Both the position numbers and the translations under genes were made by a program. From Marsupella aquatica (Eukaryota; Plantae; Marchantiophyta): a DNA stretch of 64,000 nucleotides. Below are positions 28,328 to 40,500 of the stretch, one piece after another. Location: NCBI GenBank assembly GCA_973895155.1, contig OZ316891.1, forward strand, positions 4,869,708 through 4,933,707. The letters are read 5' to 3'. Numbering within the stretch: position 1 is the first letter of the stretch; each line of letters begins with the position of its first letter. The notes under the pieces were generated by a model. That model was given only the letters and a program-made list of their open reading frames with translations. It made no database searches and was not told where the DNA came from.

Positions 28328-29338
28328 AGCACAGTGGGTAAACCACAATGACCACAATGTCTTCTAGCACAATTTGGGTAAACCACAACTCTGGCAGACT
28401 TTTTATTTTTCTTTCAATGTACATGCATCCTGTTAGTGAATTAGTGGGCATCCAATTCTAAATGATAATACATTGTTTAAACCTTCTTTTGCAGTGGTTG
28501 TCATTAAAAAATGCAGTGCCAACAAAAAAGGTCATTAATAAACAGATCGAAGGGATAAAACCAAAATCAAATTAAATGGAGAGTGGACCCAAAGGACAGG
28601 AAATAATTTCACACGAAAGGAAATGAAATTATGTAAAGAATGCACCAACAATGTAACTAACCCTCTTACATTGAGTGCATAGTGTAATCATGTAAAAACT
28701 AATTGAGTCAAGTGAAAACACAAAAACTTATTTGGCACAAGGAGTGCAAAAGTCACTTGTGGACTATATGGTAGAGGTAACATGCTTGGACACTACCAAT
28801 TAGACTATACAAACTATCAATATGAAGGGGTGTTTAGATCACCCTATTCATTAAAAGTGTATTTTATTTTGTTCACTTTCAGGCCTCTAAATGTTCACTT
28901 TTTGGTCTCTAAATGTACACTTTTTAACCCCAAAAGGTACATTATAGTACAATACTCTACACCTAAATGGTCAATTGTAAACTTGAGGGCACAAAGATGA
29001 TCTTTACTATAAGGAGTCTCATCCTAGTTCATTTACAAAGGATGAACATGGTGGTATATCTGATGGCCAGCATCTTTATTTCTTGTATAATTGTACACTT
29101 TTTGAAAGCCAAATGTACACTTTTTGTTCCCCAAATGTTCATAAATTGAATAATAATTCACTTTTAATGAATAGATTGATTTAGGGTTTAGGGTTAGCAT
29201 GCTATACAATAACTTTGCCAAATAATACCCCAACTCATGTAAGGTATACAATATTGGTACCCTAATCCAATACCCCAACTCAAGTAAGGTATCATTTCTT
29301 GGACTACAATACAATTGTGGAAAGGGTTTAGGGTCTTC

Positions 29339-29612
29339 TTTGGTCATTGTCTTCATTTCATGTTCATATTAACTGTGTATGCAGAAGGATTTACTGTGGA
29401 GTGTAACACGAAGACAATGACCACATTGTCTTCTTTGGTCATTGTCTTCATTGCATGTTCATATTAACTGTGTATGCAGAAGGATTTATTGTGGAGTGTA
29501 ACACGAAGACAATGACCACATTGTCTTCTTTGGTCATTGTCTTCATTGCATGTTCATATTAACTGTGTATGTAGAAGGATTTACTGTGGAGTGTAACACG
29601 AAGACAATGACT
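29339..29612. repeat. 95-bp tandem repeat x3 within the MULE
   Basis: tttggtcattgtcttcattgcatgttcatattaactgtgtatgcagaaggatttactgtggagtgtaacacgaagacaatgaccacattgtcttc. Confidence 0.95.
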
Positions 29613-29989
29613 AATTGCATCACTGTGGGCCATTCATACTACCAAAACGAGAAGTAAGGAAGGTTACATTGAGTGCGTATAGTGTGGCATGAAGACAATG
29701 ACCATCAATGTCTTCTAGAAAGCATGACTCTTGGTGAACAAGACCATTCAACATTGACCATGGTGTATTCTGATTGTCACCAGTGTTGGTGTATGATGAT
29801 TGTCACCATATTATACTGAAACTACTCTAGGTCAATATTAGTTGAAGTGGGGACGTGAAGACACTTATGATAATGTGTAGTGTGTACTCAATTTCTCACC
29901 CCCCTTCCCCCACACGACATGACCCAGAACTACTCACATCACATCATAGACTTTGCATCAGATCGTTATAGAATTTGCTTGCATTTTAT

Positions 29990-32900
29990 TCATAAAGATT
30001 TTGGTATAGACAAGTTGTGCAATTGCAGTGTTGCAGTCTGTATATGGATATGCTTGTCTTCCAATGAAGCTACATTGTATCTATTCCACCACCCTGGTTC
30101 ACACTGTTGTACCGCTCAATGGACCACCGAAGCTACCACAGAAAATGCTAAGTGTGACATGGGAAGTGGGAGTCAATCATCAAACCGGGTATGGCGCCCA
30201 AGTTGCAGGACAGCCTCCATGAATGAACCCTGCGAAGTTGCCATTTGGGAGTCGGCATGCAAAAGTTGAGATGGCCCAAAGGTGTCTAAACTGCCACCAT
30301 CATCTACCAGGATTTCATGCAGGGGAGTTGGTCCGGAAGAAGGTTCTCCTCTACCGCTCCCTTGCCTCCCCCCTCTACTTGTCATGCTTTTGCTTCGCTT
30401 TTGTTTTCCTGTAACTGTCTCTTCAACCTCTGAAGCTGCTAAGTCATCGTCTTCGGGGTGCAAATACACAACTTTTGTTGCGGGGTTGACTGCCAGTAAA
30501 GGAACAATCTGCAATGCTTGGCTCATACTCTCGCGCAATTTAGACTCTTGCTTCCTCTTCCTTGAGGCTGCAACGGGTACTAAGGACAAACCAGGTCCTT
30601 CCTGTGGTCCCTACAATCCAAAGGGACATTAGAAGACATCCAAAGTGGAGGATTTCAAATTCCACAGTGAAGCAATTGCACAACAATAATGAATAGGAAT
30701 TTTTCCCTCACACATCAATGCATACTTCACAGGGGTTGGCTGCCGGTGCAGGGATTGGTGTAGAGGCAACTGCTGATGCTGGTCCACGGGCAGGGGCAAG
30801 TGCTGATAAATCATTTGTTGGAACAGGGGGTGGGGAAGGCTCCACTGCATTTCCCTTTCTCTTTTGCCTTCCGCTTGCTTTTTCCCTTTGTCTTGCTTGC
30901 TACAATCCAAAGCAGCATCGGAAGACATAAACAAGGAGGTATTCGCAGTACTGAGGAAGCGGACAGAATAGAATGTACATGAAGTGAATTTGTTTAATAC
31001 ATGTATTCAATCCATGCAAACCAGGAATGTTAAGATACACAATGAGGCTGACTTGGGCAGGGATTTCTGGCCGTGCCGGTGCTGATGCTGGTGGTGGTGA
31101 CTCCACTGCTACAACCCTTCCCCTTCCCCCTCTTCCCTAGAATGAAGAAATAGGATTCGAGTGCAACATTTGAGAGTCATGTATTAAACATTGCACAGCA
31201 ACTCCACCAGTTACCAATTTACATCAAATACAAATACAGACCTGGGAGGGGTTGGTTGACGTTGGAGGGACCGGTGGTCCTACTTGTACTGGTATTGCTT
31301 CAGACTCCACTGATACAACCCTTCCACTTCGTCTTACTCCCTACAATATATGATAAAAATGCTTAAAGGGGAGTACATAAACATTGGGGTTTGTGTATTC
31401 AAGAATTGCTTCCAACAAAAAATAGATATAAAACACTAAGGCAGACCTGGGAGGGGTTGGTTGACATTGGAGCGGCCGGTGCTGCTGCTTGTGCTGGTGG
31501 GTCCATTCTTACAACCCTTCCCCTTCCCCTTCTTCCCTAGAATGAAGTAGTAGGATCGGAGTGCACGCCGAAGACAATGAGATTCATGTATTCAGACATT
31601 GCAAAGCAACTCCGCCAACTAATTCACATCAAAGACTAAGGCAGACCTGGGAGAGGTTGGTTGACGTTGGAGCGGCCGGTGCTGCTGCTTGTGCTGGTGG
31701 GTCCATTCTTACAACCCTTCCCCTTCCCCTTCTTCCCTAGAATGAAGTAGTAGGATTGGAGTGCACGCCGAAGACAATGAGATTCATGTATTCAGACATT
31801 GCAAAGCAACTCCGCCAACTAATTCACATCAAAGACTAAGGCAGACCTGGGAGAGGTTGGTTGACGTTGGAGCGGCCGGTGCTGCTGCTTGTGCTGGTGG
31901 GTCCATTCTTACAACCCTTCCCCTTCCCCTTCTTCCCTAGAATGAAGTAGTAGGATTGGAGTGCACGCCAAAGACAATGAGATTCATGTATTCAGACATT
32001 GCAAAGCAACTCCGCCAACCAATTCACATCAAAGACTAAGGCAGACCTGGGAGGGGTTGGTTGACGTTGGAGCGGCCGGTGCTGCTTCTCCTATTGGTGA
32101 TGGGGACTCCACTGCTATAGTCCCTCCTCCCTGCAATGCAAAAAGATATCGAAATACAAGGAGGGTCATGTATTCAGGATGTGCAAAGAGAGCAAAGAAA
32201 TTCCGAAAGCAATTTAGCAAAGGAATGAAAGCTAACATGGATGTTTTGTGGTGCAGGGGCTGATGCTGATGCTGATGCTGATGCTATGGACTTAGGGAAG
32301 GTCTCCATAGGTACACTCCCTCCTCCCTACAATGTAAACAATGCTTAATCATATCCGAATACATTGAGGGTCATGTATTGAAGATGTGGAAAGGAATTCT
32401 GCAAGCACTTGAAGCAAAGGAATGAAAGCTGACAAGGGGTTGGGCTCAAGTGCAGGGGCTGGTGCTGCTGGGTCTGGGGCTGGTGGTGCTGCTGCTGCTA
32501 TGAACTGAGGGATAGTGTCCACTACTGCATCCCCACATTCCTGCAAATCAATAAACAAAATGCTTAGGGGAATTCGAATACATTGAGGCTCATGTATTGA
32601 GGATCTGCAATGAAATTCCAGAAGTAATTGAAGCAAACAAAGTAAGGATGAGTCCTTTACCTCTCCATACGCTTCCAAGATATTTTGGAGACTTGTAAGC
32701 ACTTCGGCCTGTTGTGAAAGGTTCAGGCCATTATCTTGATGAACATCCTCAAGAGGAAGCTGAATAGGATCCACAACAGGATCCTCAGCAGGATCCTCAA
32801 CATCATGAATAGGATCCTCAACATCATGAATAGGATCCTCAACATCTTTAACATTAGGAGGATCCTGAATATGTGAAGGATCCTCATCACCACTAACTTG

Positions 32901-34092
32901 AACATCCTGAACGACCTCAAGCGGATTTGAGACAAGAGACGGGTCCTGGATGTCATTACTCCGAACAGGTTCAGATACAACATGAGTGTCACTATCACTG
33001 TCATTTACCAACAGACCCCACTTCTCAGGCCCAGGCTCATAATCGCTGCCATTGGATGTGTCCTTCCACTCTTCATTGATTCCAGCCTACACAAAATGGA
33101 GAGAGTTTCAGAATGTAATGTACAGACAAGAAGCAAACATTGTAGGAAGCAAAATCAAATGTTGATACCTCCTTTCTTGCGGCCGAATCAGTCATTCCCC
33201 GACTTTTGTACTCTTGCAGCAAATTGTTGGTGGCCTTGGCTATATTGATGGGCTTCTGCTCATCTTTCCACCCACTATAATCCTCATATGCAGCTTCAAA
33301 ATTGACTTCTTTGGGGCCGTGTTTCCATTGCAGAAGTGCTCGCTTTTTACTGAGGTAGTTAAGAGCATCTGAGATAAGAGCCTCTCGAATGTCATCATAT
33401 TGCATGAGCTCTGGAGGTTGCACCTCCACATCTGGCCGGGGGAAAATGCATGGCAAGACACTACAATCTAGTTGAAGTGCCTACAACTTGTGATCTTTGG
33501 GTAGCACTACCGGCAATGCTCGAATTGAAGCAACCCAACGACACAGGAGAGGAGTAATTGCAGTAGCTGAAACTGAGTCTTGCAACATCTCATATAAACT
33601 GTCATCCAACAAGGATGACCAACCCTCCTCCTTTCCACGTATGTGCACTTCCTTCATTAGACGAACAAACAAAGACTTTGCAGGAACAAGTGGCTCATCC
33701 GCAGCAACACCATACTTCTTCTTCAACAATGCCTTCTTCCGCAACTTTGTCTGTTTCCACCAAAGCCGCACAGTGGATCTAAGTCGCTTCCAAGATGCCT
33801 CATTGCTATCCTTCCTCACATTTGGCCCAGGGGCCAAATGTTTTTTGGCAATCCGAGTGGAGAAGTCCAATTTTGAGGACAACCAAGGTTTGCCCGCCTC
33901 CACTAATGCAGGTTGCAACACCAAGTTGTGCGTGACGTCCATGTGGGTTTGAAAACCAGCAAAAGATGAAAATGACCGAGGCTTGTGAGCACCTGCAATG
34001 CAGACAAACATGTGCTTGCCATTGGCATCAACACGATGCCGGAAGTGATCATCTTCCTTCGCTACCTCAATTACTCTGACTGGTGGCGCCAT
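29990..34092 (-). pseudogene. MULE accessory multi-exon gene convergent with the transposase; N-terminal C2H2-like finger, acidic region and repeated GRGR/Pro-Ala exons; several in-frame stops
   Basis: MAPPVRV..FVCIAGAHKPRSFSSFAGFQTHMDVTH; ORFs 33481-34230 and 33073-33456 are in one frame separated by a TAG; GT-AG introns link to 32349-33011, to a series of about 90-nt exons (31030-32130) and to 30173-30589. The 3' end is approximate. Confidence 0.7.
31441..32085 (-). repeat. 200-bp tandem repeat (x3 plus partial), each unit one 90-nt phase-0 exon plus a 110-nt intron
   Basis: gcagacctggg at 31441, 31641, 31841 and 32041; minus strand ctag|GGA AGA AGG GGA AGG..TCC CAG|gtctgc. Confidence 0.9.
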
Positions 34093-34709
34093 GGATAATG
34101 AGCAGCTACCTTGGTTGGCCTCAAAATCAAACCCAACCTCTCCAACCAATGCCCTTGAATTGTGTCTTGTGCTGCAAAAGTGGAATACACAGATGTAATA
34201 GTATTCGAACAATACAAAACAGAGAGACATTCATGTCATGGTATTCCAAGAATGCGGATGCAGTCGAACAGGAAGAGAATCATGGTATTCAAAAAATGAC
34301 AACAACAAGGAGACCAAATGATAATGTGTACATACGTAATTGAAGTTCACAGTCTAATCTCCATAGTCACGTCCTATGCTTATGCTTGCCACCACCTTCA
34401 ATTCAAGCCTGAAAAATTCAATCCACAATGCGGGAACATTCATTCAAAAACATTTATTCACAAAATGCATACATTTTAGAATCAATTTGGTATTCTGAAT
34501 ACTGACAACCAGAAGAACACTCGTTGTTGCCTCAGTTCACTTGGTCCTGAGTTGTTGCCTCCCTCAGTTCACTAGGTCCTTGTGTGGATGTACTGCAAGT
34601 GATTAGGCAGACTTTCAACAAAATGAAAATTGCATAGTACAATTCCAAGCGGCGGCTACAATGTGCGTGCTTTAAGAAGAAGGATGACAACGAATGTCAC
34701 CCAAAAGCT

Positions 34710-34852
34710 CCGCGTCGCACTGCCTCCCATCACACTGCCTCCCGTTGCATTGACAACCTAAAGCTTCGCGTCGCACTGCCTCCCGTTGCACTGCCTCCCG
34801 TTGCATTGCCTCCCGTTGCACTGCCTCCCATCGCATTGCCTCCCGTCGCATT
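34710..34852. repeat. 15-bp minisatellite (tgcctcccgttgcac) near the MULE right end
   Basis: About 7 copies of tgcctccc(g/a)t(t/c)gca(c/t). Confidence 0.85.
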
Positions 34853-35189
34853 GTCATCCTAAAGTTGTGAGTCGTTGTCATTCCTCAGCATGCCATAGCC
34901 GCGACCCTTACGAAGAGAAGCTCCTCGTTGCACGGCAAAACAAAACAACAAACTCCGCGACAATGTTGCCACCTTAACCAACCCTAAACTAAAAAAAAGA
35001 CATGAAAACATAATCCACAATGTATTCAACAGACGACATTTCTGGATTAGGTTAGTAACCTGGAACCGCTTGAGCGCTCCGACTGCAATCGCTCGCTCTG
35101 ACTGCAATGGCAACAACATGGTAAACCATGACCCTAGAACTGCGTGACGATATGGTCACTAGCGTTGGATAACTGTGCAGTTTTGGGGC

Positions 35190-35304
35190 TTTAGAAGAAC
35201 ATTCTGTACGGGTCATAAAGAGGGGGTCGATTGGGGAAAAAAAGTTTGGAGGGGGTTGATTAAGTAAAAGTTTTCCAGGAGAGGGTCGATTAAGCAAATC
35301 CCTC
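35190..35304 (-). repeat. MULE right terminal inverted repeat
   Basis: Reverse complement of 17822-17936; followed by TSD GTGAAAATCA. Confidence 0.95.
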
Positions 35305-37548
35305 GTGAAAATCAACTTGATCCCACCTCTTTCTGCACTTTAGACAAAAAATGAGCAATTTTCCTCCAAGTCCAATCCATGCTATTTTGGGGTGAGTCAT
35401 CCTACTTAAAAATCATGTTTTTCATAGGCTATAAATCATATGGCAGCAAAATATTTGGAATCCAAGCTCATCATAAAGAGTCACATACTGGACATATATC
35501 CATCCAAAAAAGGATTTAAAAATGCTGCTCTAGAATTTGACCTGTTCCTCAGAAATCTGTTGATATGAAGCATAGGAATGAGCTTCATTCAAAGTTTGAT
35601 TCAGTTTGAGAATCTAACTCTGAATTAGGCAGATGTAGAGCATAAATCTCTGAACTAGATCAACCAAGACGGGATCTAAATGCTTTTACAACGGGAGGAA
35701 AATCTAAACAAGCAAGTGACACTGGATGTAACGTAAAATTCATTTAGACACTGAACGTCCGAGTTGTTAATGATTCCCTAGTACATTTGTCCTGCATTTA
35801 TCTCAGATCGACGGACCTTCTCTCCTCAGACCGAAAACTAGAGTATTGGACACATTTTTCTATCTTGTCTACATGCGTTGTGACGGTCTTTGCTCGAATT
35901 GAATCGAGCAGGTAACGTCTACGAGTACTGTATTAATTGATCCCTTTTTGAGTGGGTTTCGGCTTCTGATCGTCCAGTGACACAGTCGATGCTCTCTAAT
36001 ACGTGGGTTGCAAATGCGAATCCCTCTCGCAGGTGAAGGATTTCATCCTCTCTCAACCAGAAGCGTACGAATTGAAACTGGGCGATAATGCCTTCCATCG
36101 ACACGGAGATCCTCTTGTCGAGAGACTTACAATGGAAAGGGAGAAAAAGAGGCAGCAATCAGCTCAGGATGTGAAGGAGGATCCACTTGGCACTTGGGAG
36201 AGTTGTATGCAACGATGTATATAATTTTTGTTTACCTGTGTCAAGTTCGCCTAGGATAGACCACCTGCTTTGGTATGCATTAAGCTACTGTAGTTAACAC
36301 AAAAAATCACTCATGTTCAGTCTCGAAACTATGCACCAGAACATGCATTTGATTATAGATATCTCAAACACAGCCAACACAAAAACAAGTTTACAGTCTT
36401 GAAAACCATAATCAGTCTAGACTGTGCATCAAAACATGCGTCAGACCAATGTACGATAACTCTAATCGAGTGAACACAAAAGAAGTTTCGCAGCGTATAA
36501 ACATGCATAAGCTTTTAGAGTGGTATACACGTACATCTACAGGAGTGTATACCACTCTTTCTTCTGCAGAAGGTACACGTCAGGGTGACCCTTTGGGTGG
36601 GCCTCTTTTTGCCATTGCCCATTTTACTGCTTTTTGGGAAGCCTCCGCGGCCCACCCCCAGTGTATCTTCCCTTCCCTTTCAGATGACACCCACATCATT
36701 GGTCCACCTGTTGCTGTTACTTCTGCCCTCGCCACCCTTTCCACCCATTTGTTGGGCCTCGGTTTACGGGTTCAACCGGTGAAGAGTCGTGCATGGAGTC
36801 CAGCTGGGTTACCCTCTGATCTTGCGCTTCCCCCAGGGTTCTTACGTCCAACCGACGGTCTTTGGGTCCTTGGCTCCCCAGTCGGTACCGCCTCCTTTTG
36901 CTCATCTTTCATTGCTGACGCTCTCCAGGCTGCCTTAGCCCCTACTCCTATGCTCCCTACGTTAGCAGACTCTCAGGCAGCATTTGGGTTGTTGTTGAGA
37001 TGCATCCACCCTTGTGCGTCCTATTTGGCTCGGACACATCCCCCTACCAAGGATCTTTATCTACACCTCCGAGCGTTTGATGTCTCCATTTGTGAGACTT
37101 TGGCCTCTCTTTTAGGGTCAGGTACTTTGCTCTCATCTTCGTGGCTTCATCGACAGCTCAGTCTTTCTATTTCTCACAGTGGTTTTGGGCTTACTTCCAC
37201 TGAGCGCCTTGCACCTTTGGCCTTCTTGGGCGCGTGGGTGTCCGCCTTCTCATTGTTGGCAGAGCGTTTCCTTACTGAGGATCGACCTTTTTTACTTTTG
37301 TCTCTCATGGAGGTCGAGGAGGGTTCCCTCCCATTTCAGGTTCATTTGCGCACGACGCGGTCATCATTACCCGATCTTGTTCGAGCTGCGTTACCTTCAT
37401 TCCAGGAGTTTTTATCCTTGGACCCCGTCCGTCTTCAGGCAGACCTTGTTGGGCGTATGCACGCTTTCACCCTCTCCAGCATCCTCATCGAGGCACCTGA
37501 CACGGACCAAGCTCGGATTCTTTCTTCCAAAGGGAAGGGCGTAGGAGG

Positions 37549-40500
37549 TGTCACTTGCCTATCCAATGATTAATACGTGCAAACCATACTTTTCCTTGCT
37601 TAAACCGTTGGTATCGTATTACGGGGTCGTGGAGGGACGCTATTTGGAGGATTTCCACACCTAAGGATGAGTATGTTTGATTTCGCTCCCGAAAGTGTAC
37701 TTTTTGATCAAGTCTACCGACTGGTCTCTCCATTTTTGATCAAGTCCAAGGGACTGGTCCTACCATCTACAACTCATGCCCACCGGGTGAGTGCTGTCAC
37801 CACCCCCCTCCTCTCTTGGGCAAGCATACCAACATTTACAATAAGATTTGAACACTAGTGACAAGGGCAAATGTTTCCACAACAACACCGACCACACGCA
37901 CTAGGGGAGGAAAACAAACAACACAAGCAACAACAAGTCACACACAAAATATTGGAACCTCAAGCCAAATCCATATCTCTTGGTGTTTCCCGTAACACAT
38001 GCAAGGACAACCCGGCCTCCTGCCGTCTGCCCAACTCCTGCCTCCCGGGGACAAGTGCTACGTTCTCCACCTCACTACTCTGGCTTGAACTTCTCCTAAT
38101 CGGTGCGCTACTCACAAAAGCTACTCCAAAGCATCCAAGTACTACGCTGAGTTCCCCCCTACTACTTCGGGGCTCTCCCCCTAAATACCGAAAAAAACCA
38201 CACCAAAGCACCCCTCATGGGGTCACAACGATGGCGGCTACCCTAGCAGCGCCGCTAAAACCCTGCACTAAGAAATCCCTAAACTAAAAAGGCATGCGGC
38301 ACACACATGCTGCTAAAACCCTAAACCCTAAACAAGGGGCCGACGGTGCCTTCGACGGTGCCCCAACTGTACTCCGTGAACCCTGAAAGTGCAAGGCACC
38401 CCACAGTGGCCGAAACTAGGTGCCCTATCAATTGTACTTTTGAGCTCACCCTTGGATAGCCCTTCTCCTCCTGATCCCGAATCACTCAGCCGCACTCGCA
38501 ACGGACATCGGACGCCTGAGTTATGGTCGTTTCCGTATCGCGAAAACACAATTTCACCGGGCCATAACTTGCTCATCCTGGCTCTGTTTGAGGAGCGCTG
38601 TCTCTTGTTGGAATCAGCTCTGCGAGCTCTTTCCAACAAGCCCGTGAGTGACCCCATCCAAAAAAGTTGGAAATCCAGAGGCCGTACAACCACATCCGTA
38701 CGACTATCTACTCCTCCTCTTCTTCACTCTCGGTGCCCTGGCTTGTGCCCCGTGAGTGGGCCTCCTCTTCATCACTCACGGGAGTGAGTGCCACCTCACT
38801 TTTCTTCTTCTTTACCGGGGTACTCTTCGTGCTGCCGCTCCCTTGCTTCCTCAAAGTGGCCAAGGCCTGCCACTCCTTGATGTACCCCTCACCAATGGTG
38901 TCCTTCCATAGGGTAGCCTCTTCTCCGGACCGCAACTCCAACGGTAGAACTTGCCCTGTGGCCATGGGAGTCCCGGGGGTGACAGACCTGGGTGGCATCC
39001 CCGTACTGACCTGAGCCTCCCGTAACGATTTCTGTACCTCCCGGAGCTTCTTCGCCAAGCCCTTGCTCTTCTCCTGACTCTTCTTGGCTCCATCCAACAA
39101 GGGCCCATACTTCCCACTAACCTCCTTCACCACCATCTCAATAGCCTAGGAGATCAAATCCGGGGAAAGTGTGGAGCTAGGTGTGCCGGGGCTCTTCCGT
39201 TTCCCCAGACTCAAGGCCTCACTCCTCTTTGCTCGTGTCTCAAGGGCGGCCACCTGACTCCGTAGTGCTCCCACCTGGTTTCTCCACTCCACCACTTCTC
39301 CAGAATTCTGCTTCTCTTTGGCCAATGCTTGTCTCAACGCTCCCACCTCTTCTGCTTCCTTGGCCTTGGTGGACAAGGCTCCCTTCAAGTTGGAGATCTC
39401 TACGTGAGCTGCTTGGAGAAGCTTAACCTTCTCATGAATGGTCCCCTCCTTGGCCTTGATCACCTCCTTCAGAGACAGGGTACTCTGCTCTAACGTCTCT
39501 ACTCTGGTAGAGGCGTGCTTGAGAGAATTTCTCAATGCGTGGACTAGCTTGAGTCCCTCATGGACTCCCTCTCTGAAATCCCGTAGCTCTGCCAGGTAAA
39601 CATCCAGAATGTTGTAGACCAGGGGCTCTTTCGGATCTCCTACGAGTGATTCAAGCCACTCCAACGTGTAGTCCTCATCCTGGTTTTCTTCTCCTCTATC
39701 TTCATCCCCACCAGCCGACGATGATTCCTCCGTGAGCTTCCCTATAACGGTAGTGGCAATACTCCGGATCTCCGTGGTGAGAGATGATCCCGTGTCTTCC
39801 TGTCCCGGGGAACCAATCAACCCTTCTACCCTGGCCAATACAAATGACCCCATCAAATGTACAGCCCCACCTGGTTTTACACTCCCGGGATCAGCGGCCA
39901 ACAGCTTCTTCAACCCGTAGTACCACCATCCGTACACATGGGCTGGGTGGTTCTTGATGTCCATAGCTACCACGAAATGCTCTTCATTCACCACCCCGGA
40001 TTGCACGTTGCCAAGGACCCGTTGATGAACCTTGGCCAGGAATCCCTTATACTCAACATCCTTGACAGCGGAAAGAGGGATGGCAGTGGTGGAGGTGGGA
40101 TTAATCACCCAAGTGGCCACCATCTTCAACGTGAGTTCTCCCCTAATGTGCTGAGGTGTGAATGAGAATTTCTGATTCTCCAGAAACAGCAGCCTAGCCA
40201 ACTCCACATGGGGCACTACACGTTTGAGACATTGAAAGTAGATTCCCTCCATTCGTAACTCCATCCCGGCCTCAATGTCCCAGCTCTTCCCCGGAGGGAT
40301 GGTAATCTCCACCTTCATGAATTCTGTAACCCCGGTGGCTTGGAAAATATTCCGACAATCCTCCATCACCTTGGCGGAGGTCTTGGGATAAATTCGACGA
40401 AAAATCCTCCTACCCACCGGTGTGGAACCTGCTGCCAATCCCATGCTCATCGTAGCTTCTCTCTCTTCTCTCTCCCTTGCAATCAAAGTCTCCACGTAGT

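Larger units (their letters stand above)
17822..35304 (+). mobile_element. Mutator-like DNA transposon (MULE), 17.5 kb including a nested 4.7-kb insertion
   Basis: 115-bp TIRs with 2 mismatches; perfect 10-bp TSD GTGAAAATCA at 17812-17821 and 35305-35314; internal MuDR-type transposase. Confidence 0.95.

Noticed and set aside
26153-29612. Regular arrays resembling CRISPR repeats
   Set aside because: Units are head-to-tail near-identical without unique spacers, there are no cas genes, and the context is a eukaryotic transposon.
38315-38335. Telomere-like AAACCCTAAACCCTAAA
   Set aside because: Only two units; such telo-boxes are common in plant promoters and LTRs and are not evidence of a telomere.
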